From positions 1,312,001-1,376,000 of the forward strand of contig CBDDPY010000002.1 of the NCBI GenBank assembly GCA_965232515.1: DNA of 64,000 nucleotides, in the 5' to 3' direction. This DNA comes from Alphaproteobacteria bacterium. GTDB lineage: Bacteria > Pseudomonadota > Alphaproteobacteria > GCA-2731375. Made by a program: the position numbers and the translations under genes. Below the pieces are notes generated by a model, which worked only from the letters and a program-made list of their open reading frames with translations, was not told the origin of the DNA and did no database searches. How positions within the stretch are numbered: position 1 is the first letter of the stretch; the number at the start of each line of letters is the position of its first letter. This document shows, one piece after another, positions 58,407 through 64,000 of this stretch.

Positions 58407-58449
58407 GTTTTCAAGACCGGTGCCTTAAACCGCTCGGCCACCCATCCGC
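58407..58449. repeat. att core, right copy (displaced 5' half of tRNA-Ser)
   Basis: Identical to 43883-43925; covers tRNA position 1 through the anticodon loop. Confidence 0.95.
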
Positions 58450-58592
58450 GTCAGAATCGTGGCGCGATTTCTAGCACCGTCGTGACCACAGCGTCCACGC
58501 CCACACCCCGAGAAAACACGCGCGCGAGCGGTCCGGTTGCTGCTAGCCTTGACGCACAAAACAAATGCCAAATCCGAAACAGGGGGCATGGG

Positions 58593-59948
58593 GTGACGAA
58601 ACCGGAAACGGATCCGAACGGCGGGCCGGATATTGCCGGCGGCCGGCTGGCCGACGTGGACTATGCGCAGAACTTCGCCGATGTGCATCCGCCGCTGGCG
58701 CCGGCGGCGGCGATGGTCGAGGCGAACCGCTGTTATTTCTGCCATGACGCGCCGTGCATCGAGGCCTGCCCGACCGAGATCGACATTCCGGGCTTCATCC
58801 GCAAGATCAAGACCGGCAACGTCGCCGGCGCCGCGAAAACGATCCTGGAGCAGAACATCTTCGGCGGCGCCTGTGCCCGTGTCTGTCCGACGGAGGTGCT
58901 GTGCGAGCAGGCCTGCGTACGCACGACGCAGGAAAACACACCGGTGACCATCGGCCTGCTCCAGCGCTTCGCCACTGATCATCTGATGGCCAACGACGCG
59001 CAGCCGTTCGCACGCGCACCCTCGACGGGCAAGAAGGCGGCTGTTGTCGGCGGCGGCCCGGCCGGCCTCGCCTGCGCGCATCGTCTCGCGATGCTGGGCC
59101 ACGACAGCGTCGTCTTCGAGGCGCGCGACAAGGCGGCCGGGCTGAACGAATACGGCATCGCCGCCTACAAGGTGCCGGATGGTTTCGCGCAGACCGAGCT
59201 GGATTTCATCACCGGCATCGGCGGCATCGAGATCCGCTGTGGCCAGGCGCTGGGCCGGGACGTGACGCTGGGCGAGCTGCAGCAGGACTTCGACGCCGTG
59301 TTCCTGGGGCTCGGCCAGGCCGGCGTACGGGCGCTCGGCCAGGCCGGCGAAGATCTGGACGGCGTGCACGACGCGGTCGGCTACATCGCCGACCTGCGGC
59401 AGGCCGACGACCTGGCGGCGCTGCCGGTCGGCCGGCGCGTGGTGGTGATCGGCGGCGGCAATACCGCCATCGACATCGCCGTGCAATCGAAGCGTCTCGG
59501 CGCTGAGGACGTCACGATGGTCTACCGCCGCGGGCCCGAGCAGATGGGCGCGACGCCGCACGAACAGGAGTTCGCACAGACGAACGGCGTCAAGATCAAG
59601 CATTGGGCGCAACCGGTGCGCCTCGAGGGCGCCAACGGCCATGTTGCGATGGCCGTGTTCGAGTACACGCGGTTGGACGACGGCGGCAAGCTGTTCGGCA
59701 CCGGCGACCTGCTGGAGATCCCCTGCGACGTCGTGTTCAAGGCGATCGGCCAGCAGTTCGTCCCGGTCTGCAGCGAAGATGCGCTTGAAATCGCCAAGGG
59801 CCGGATCGCCGTCGACGCCGAGATGCGCACGTCGTTGCCGAACGTCTGGGCCGGCGGCGATTGCGTCGCGGGCGAGGATCTGACCGTGCAGGCCGTGCAG
59901 GACGGCAAGGTCGCGGCGCAATCCATCGATCGGTATTTGCGAGGATAG
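58593..59948 (+). CDS. preT: Dihydropyrimidine dehydrogenase subunit A
   Basis: EANRCYFCHDAPC..ACP, CARVCP...LCE..C, GGGPAG, GGGNTAID; directly upstream of preA; start approximate. Confidence 0.9.
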   Translation: MTKPETDPNGGPDIAGGRLADVDYAQNFADVHPPLAPAAAMVEANRCYFCHDAPCIEACPTEIDIPGFIRKIKTGNVAGAAKTILEQNIFGGACARVCPTEVLCEQACVRTTQENTPVTIGLLQRFATDHLMANDAQPFARAPSTGKKAAVVGGGPAGLACAHRLAMLGHDSVVFEARDKAAGLNEYGIAAYKVPDGFAQTELDFITGIGGIEIRCGQALGRDVTLGELQQDFDAVFLGLGQAGVRALGQAGEDLDGVHDAVGYIADLRQADDLAALPVGRRVVVIGGGNTAIDIAVQSKRLGAEDVTMVYRRGPEQMGATPHEQEFAQTNGVKIKHWAQPVRLEGANGHVAMAVFEYTRLDDGGKLFGTGDLLEIPCDVVFKAIGQQFVPVCSEDALEIAKGRIAVDAEMRTSLPNVWAGGDCVAGEDLTVQAVQDGKVAAQSIDRYLRG

Positions 59949-59978
59949 CGGGCACCACGCCACAAGGGAGATAACGAG

Positions 59979-61250
59979 ATGGCCGATCTTCGGTGTGAGA
60001 TTGCCGGTGTGAAATCGCCGAACCCGTTCTGGCTGGCCTCGGCGCCGCCAACGGACAAGAAATACAACGTCGAGCGCGCCTTCAAGGCGGGCTGGGGCGG
60101 CGCGGTCTGGAAGACGCTGGGCGAGGACCCGCCGATCGTCAACGTCTCCTCGCGCTATGGGGCTGTGAGCCTGAACGGCCAGCGCGTCGCGGGCTTCAAC
60201 AATATCGAGCTGATCACCGACCGGCCACTGCACGTGAATTTGCAGGAGATCAAGGAGCTGAAGCGCGACTGGCCTGACCGGGCCATCGTCGTCTCGCTGA
60301 TGGTGCCGTGCGAGGAGGCGAACTGGCGGGCGATCATCGAGCAGGTAGCAGAGACCGGCGCCGACGGTATCGAGCTGAACTTCGGGTGTCCGCACGGCAT
60401 GTCGGAGCGCGGCATGGGTTCGGCCGTCGGCCAGGTGCCGGACTACGTGGACATGGTGACGCGCTGGTGCCGGACGCATACGCGCATGCCGGTCTTCGTC
60501 AAGCTGACGCCGAACATCACCAACATCCTCGGTCCCGCGCGGGCTGCGAAGGCGGGCGGGGCGGATGCCGTGTCGCTGATCAACACCATTACCTCGATCG
60601 TCTCGGTCGACCTCGACAACATGGCGCCGGAGCCGACGGTCGACGGCAAGGGCACGGCCGGCGGCTATTGCGGCCCGGCCGTGAAGCCGATCGCGCTGCA
60701 CATGGTGGCGACCATTGCCCGCGACCCGGAATGCCGGGGCCTGCCGATCTCGGGCATCGGCGGCATCGAGACCTGGCGCGACGCGGCCGAGTTCATCGCG
60801 CTCGGCGCCGGCTCGGTGCAGGTCTGCACGGCGGTGATGCACTACGGCTTCAAGATCGTCGACGACATGATCGACGGCCTGTCGAACTGGATGGATGAGA
60901 AGGGCTATCGAACGCTTGACGATTTCCGCGGCCTCGCCGTGCCGAACGTGGTCGACTGGCAGGACCTGAACATGAACTACGAGACCGTGGCCCGCATCGA
61001 CCAGGACCTCTGCATCAAGTGCGGTCTCTGCCACATCGCCTGCGAGGACACCTCGCACCAGGCGATCACGGCGCGGGCGAACGGCGAGCGGCGCTATGAA
61101 GTGATCGACGCGGAATGCGTCGGCTGCAACCTGTGCCAACATGTCTGTCCGGTCGACGGCTGCATCGACATGGTCGCGGTCGACAACGGCAAACCGTATG
61201 TGAACTGGACCCAGGACCCGCGCAATCCGATGCGCCAGGCCGCCGAGTAA
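59979..61250 (+). CDS. preA: Dihydropyrimidine dehydrogenase subunit B
   Basis: NPFWLASAPPT, NNIELI, ELNFGCPHGM.ERGMG, KLTPN, two C-terminal 4Fe-4S motifs. Confidence 0.95.
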   Translation: MADLRCEIAGVKSPNPFWLASAPPTDKKYNVERAFKAGWGGAVWKTLGEDPPIVNVSSRYGAVSLNGQRVAGFNNIELITDRPLHVNLQEIKELKRDWPDRAIVVSLMVPCEEANWRAIIEQVAETGADGIELNFGCPHGMSERGMGSAVGQVPDYVDMVTRWCRTHTRMPVFVKLTPNITNILGPARAAKAGGADAVSLINTITSIVSVDLDNMAPEPTVDGKGTAGGYCGPAVKPIALHMVATIARDPECRGLPISGIGGIETWRDAAEFIALGAGSVQVCTAVMHYGFKIVDDMIDGLSNWMDEKGYRTLDDFRGLAVPNVVDWQDLNMNYETVARIDQDLCIKCGLCHIACEDTSHQAITARANGERRYEVIDAECVGCNLCQHVCPVDGCIDMVAVDNGKPYVNWTQDPRNPMRQAAE

Positions 61251-61269
61251 ACCTGGGAGGGGTAGGGGA

Positions 61270-62118
61270 GTGCCGGATACATTGACGCAAGACCGCCTGC
61301 CGCCCGCGGACGCGCTGGCGATCAGTCCGAACGCGCGGCGGCTGACAGCAGCGGAAAAGAGGCAGTTCGAGGAATGGGGCTATATCAAGAACCTGCCGGT
61401 GTTCGATACAGCCGCGCTGGCGGACCTACAGGCCCGCTTCGAGGAGCTCGCCGCGCGGCTGCCCGACGGCGTCGACATCAACCAGACCAACATGTGGCAG
61501 AAAGCGAGCCCCTGGTTCCACGCCTTCTGCCGCACGCCGGCCATTCTGGACTATGTAGAGGACCTGATCGGGCCGGATTTCTATCAGTGGAGCGGGCAGT
61601 TCTTCGTCAAGTATCCGGGCGACGGCACGGTCGTTCCCTGGCACCAGGATGCGCAGTACTGGCCACTGAAGCCGAGCCGGACGGTCAGCGTCTGGCTGGC
61701 GATTTACGATTCGGACGAGGAGAATGCCGCCATGCAGGTGGTGCGCGGCAGTCATCGCCTGGGCGACCTGGCCCATCACGAGGTCAGCGGCGACAAATAC
61801 GTGCTGGAGCAGGAGGTCGACGCCGATCTGATCGACCAGGCGAATGTCGTCACGCTGGACCTCAAGGCCGGCGAGATTTCGCTGCATGACGACGGCCTGC
61901 TGCACGGCTCGGGCCCGAACAACTCGGACCGGGTCCGCTGCGGCATGACCATGCGCTTCAGCCCGACCGAGGTGAAATGCGACCTCAGCGTCTGGCCGAA
62001 CTTCGAGGCCTATATGGCGCGCGGCATCGACCGCTACGGCCATAACCCGCACGGCAAGCTGCCGACGCAGGAGGGCGCGCCGGTGCGCAAGTTCCAGCAC
62101 TCTTCGGAGTTCGTTTAG
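61270..62118 (+). CDS. Phytanoyl-CoA dioxygenase (PhyH)-family 2OG-Fe(II) enzyme
   Basis: PWHQD..YW, GSH, LLHGSGPN.SDR.R. Confidence 0.9.
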   Translation: MPDTLTQDRLPPADALAISPNARRLTAAEKRQFEEWGYIKNLPVFDTAALADLQARFEELAARLPDGVDINQTNMWQKASPWFHAFCRTPAILDYVEDLIGPDFYQWSGQFFVKYPGDGTVVPWHQDAQYWPLKPSRTVSVWLAIYDSDEENAAMQVVRGSHRLGDLAHHEVSGDKYVLEQEVDADLIDQANVVTLDLKAGEISLHDDGLLHGSGPNNSDRVRCGMTMRFSPTEVKCDLSVWPNFEAYMARGIDRYGHNPHGKLPTQEGAPVRKFQHSSEFV

Positions 62119-62139
62119 GCGTCAACCTCCTTCACCGAG

Positions 62140-62169
62140 GTCATGCCCGGACTTGATCCGGGCGTCCAC
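62140..62169. repeat. Alphaproteobacterial REP-like palindrome (single copy in window)
   Basis: GTCATGCCCGGA-cttga-TCCGGGCGTCCAC just after a stop codon. Confidence 0.55.
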
Positions 62170-62237
62170 CTGCTTCGGCCGATGCCCCCGTCGCGCCCGT
62201 TCTCCGCCCGGCGATGACAAATATTGTTGCCTTTTCC

Positions 62238-62288
62238 TTGACAAACATTCCAAGGAATATTATTTCCTCAGATACATTCTTTGGAATG
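62238..62288 (+). promoter_or_regulatory. Promoter with palindromic operator candidates (possibly MarR)
   Basis: TTGACA at 62238; ATTCC-aa-GGAAT 62247-62258, AGGAA-tattat-TTCCT 62253-62268, CATTC-tttg-GAATG 62275-62288. Confidence 0.55.
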
Positions 62289-62304
62289 CAAATAGGAGCG
62301 GGAC

Positions 62305-63459
62305 ATGAACAGGCGGCGGTTTATTCGGGTGATCGGGGCCGGCGGCGTGGTGGTCGCGGGATCGGCGGTCGGCCTGACGCAGTGCGATCAGATGCCGGCG
62401 GAAGCCATCGCCGGCTGGGACGGGCCGGGCGGGTCTGAGAGCGAGCCGCGCCGATGGGCGCTGGCGCACGCGATCCTGGCGCCGAATCCGCACAATATGC
62501 AGTCTTGGATCGCCGACATCGGCGAACCCGAGACGATTACGCTGCTGGTCGACCGCGAACGGCTGTTGCCGGAAACGGACCCGTTCGGCCGGCAGATCGT
62601 CATCGGCTGCGGTTGTTTTTTGGAGCTGCTGGTCATGGCGCTGGCCGAACGCGGCTATGCCGCCGATGTTCAGATGTTTCCCGACGGCGGCGGCGAGGTG
62701 GGCTCCGATCTGTCGGAACCGTTCGCCCGTATCAAATTGCGCGAGGCGACCGGCGTGGCGCGCGATCCGCTGTTCCGGCAGATCCCGCTGCGACGCTCGA
62801 ACAAGGAGCCCTATGACGCCGAAAAGCCGTTGACATCGGCACATGCCGCCACGCTCGCCGGGTCCTACGACGCGAACGAAATTCCATTGCACTTCACGGA
62901 GGCGCCGGCCAACCTTGAACGCATTCGCGACATCGCTGCGCGCGCGGTGATGCTCGAAATGGAGACGCCGCGGACCCACAAGGAAAGCATCGATCGCGTG
63001 CGGATCGGCGCCGACGCCATCGCCGAACACCGCGACGGCATCGACCTGAACGGCCCGATGTTCTGGTGGATGAACAGGCTGGGGCTGATCACGCCCGAAA
63101 CCATGACCACGCCCGGCACCATGGCCTGGCAGGGCGGCATCGACTATGCGATGGGCTGGCTGAACGGTACGCCGAGCTATGGCTGGATGACGACAGCCAC
63201 CAATGATCGGGCGACGCAGGTCGCCGTCGGCCGGGCCTATGTGCGGCTGAACCTGCAGGCGACGGCGTTGGGCGTGGGCATGCACCCGAACAGCCAAGCA
63301 TTGCAGGAATACCCCGAGATGGCGACACTGCAGCGGGAACTTCTCGACGCCACCGGTACGGCGGAGGGGCATACCCTGCAGATGCTGTTCCGGCTGGGCT
63401 ATGCGCCCCCGCCGCCGCCATCGCCGCGCCGGGCGCCGGACGACATCATGAGGACGTAA
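62305..63459 (+). CDS. Tat-signal Acg-family FMN-binding nitroreductase-like protein
   Basis: MNRRRFI; AILAPNPHN.Q.W, LPETDP..RQI.IG.G.FLE, GR.Y.R..L.AT. Confidence 0.85.
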   Translation: MNRRRFIRVIGAGGVVVAGSAVGLTQCDQMPAEAIAGWDGPGGSESEPRRWALAHAILAPNPHNMQSWIADIGEPETITLLVDRERLLPETDPFGRQIVIGCGCFLELLVMALAERGYAADVQMFPDGGGEVGSDLSEPFARIKLREATGVARDPLFRQIPLRRSNKEPYDAEKPLTSAHAATLAGSYDANEIPLHFTEAPANLERIRDIAARAVMLEMETPRTHKESIDRVRIGADAIAEHRDGIDLNGPMFWWMNRLGLITPETMTTPGTMAWQGGIDYAMGWLNGTPSYGWMTTATNDRATQVAVGRAYVRLNLQATALGVGMHPNSQALQEYPEMATLQRELLDATGTAEGHTLQMLFRLGYAPPPPPSPRRAPDDIMRT

Positions 63460-63471
63460 AGGGACGGCTAT

Positions 63472-63957
63472 ATGCGCGGGCAGGCAGCGGAAGCGACAAG
63501 ATCGGCAGCGACCGAAGCGGATACGCGCTTCCGCGTGCTGAACTGGATCGGCATCATCAACCAGCTGTCGTCGACGCTGGCGAACCACATGCTGGAACCG
63601 CTCGACCTGCCGCTGCCGCAATTCACTCTGCTGAACCACTTCAGCCACCGGCCGAAGGAGGGCAAGACCATCACCGGCATTGCCCGCGCCATGCAGCAGC
63701 TGCAACCGGGCATCAGCAAGACGGTGCAGAAGCTGATCGCCAAGGGCTATCTGGAATGGCGGCCGAACCCCGAAGACGGCCGCTCGAAGCTGTTGTTCCT
63801 GACGCCGGCCGGCCGGCGCGTGCATGCCGGCGCGGTGGCGATGATGGGCGAGGCGCTGGCCGGGCCGTTCGAGGGCTGGACACAGACCGAGCTGGAAGAG
63901 CTGTTCACGCAGCTCGACCGGCTGAAAATCTGGCTCGACGACAACCGGCCGGCTTAG
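63472..63957 (+). CDS. MarR-family regulator
   Basis: QFTLLNH, KL..KGY, EDGRSK...LT.AG. Confidence 0.9.
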   Translation: MRGQAAEATRSAATEADTRFRVLNWIGIINQLSSTLANHMLEPLDLPLPQFTLLNHFSHRPKEGKTITGIARAMQQLQPGISKTVQKLIAKGYLEWRPNPEDGRSKLLFLTPAGRRVHAGAVAMMGEALAGPFEGWTQTELEELFTQLDRLKIWLDDNRPA

Positions 63958-64000
63958 GCCGCGCCTCTCAACGCGACGATCTTCGGCCAAAACAGCTCGA

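Larger units (their letters stand above)
43883..58449. mobile_element. ~14.5 kb integrative element (putative phage satellite) in tRNA-Ser
   Basis: Exact 43-bp direct repeats at 43883-43925 and 58407-58449; integrase at the left end; xis, helicase and hypothetical genes inside; host metabolic genes on both flanks. Confidence 0.93.

Noticed and set aside
58407-58449. Second tRNA gene
   Set aside because: Only the 5' half is present, with no variable arm, T-arm or CCA; it is the att duplicate
43883-58449. Complete prophage or conjugative ICE
   Set aside because: No recognisable capsid, portal, large terminase, tail, lysis, relaxase or T4SS genes, and too small
58425-61142. 905-aa minus-strand ORF and similar long antisense ORFs (1142-2917, 3358-5139, 12443-14401, 14359-16089, 62260-63990)
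   Set aside because: Shadow frames of well-supported genes in high-GC DNA, with no recognisable motifs

Overview
GC-rich bacterial DNA, most likely an alphaproteobacterium (GTTC-N7-GTTC SOS box, alpha-type REP-like element, many TRAP/TAXI/ABC transport genes). Positions 1-43.8 kb and 58.5-64 kb are host chromosome: transporters, CoA-transferases, a thiolase/OB-fold-SDR/cyclase/cupin/TRAP catabolic cluster, nbaC-ACMSD, a Tat-exported GMC oxidoreductase pair and preTA. The host part also holds an AhpC/TSA-like selenoprotein that the ORF track splits (UGA at 28401, U-P-Y-C motif, SECIS-like hairpin 11 nt downstream) and a small zinc-ribbon gene behind a perfect LexA box. A ~14.5 kb element (43883-58449, 43-bp att repeats) is integrated in tRNA-Ser(TGA) and duplicates the 5' half of the tRNA rather than the usual 3' end. 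It has phage-satellite architecture: integrase, Arc/RHH regulator, excisionase, AAA_25 helicase followed by an iteron/IHF origin-like region, then a coupled late-like operon. No capsid, portal, large terminase or tail gene is recognisable. Several late-operon products resemble podovirus head-associated proteins (tandem scaffold-tail-like domain, GNAT, Gly-rich 'MC...STIVTGP...LLGQ' protein). The element also carries a C4-type antisense RNA switch upstream of a Cre-like recombinase operon, a knottin-spaced Cys-rich peptide and an FRG-domain gene. All family assignments come from motif recognition; no database searches were run.
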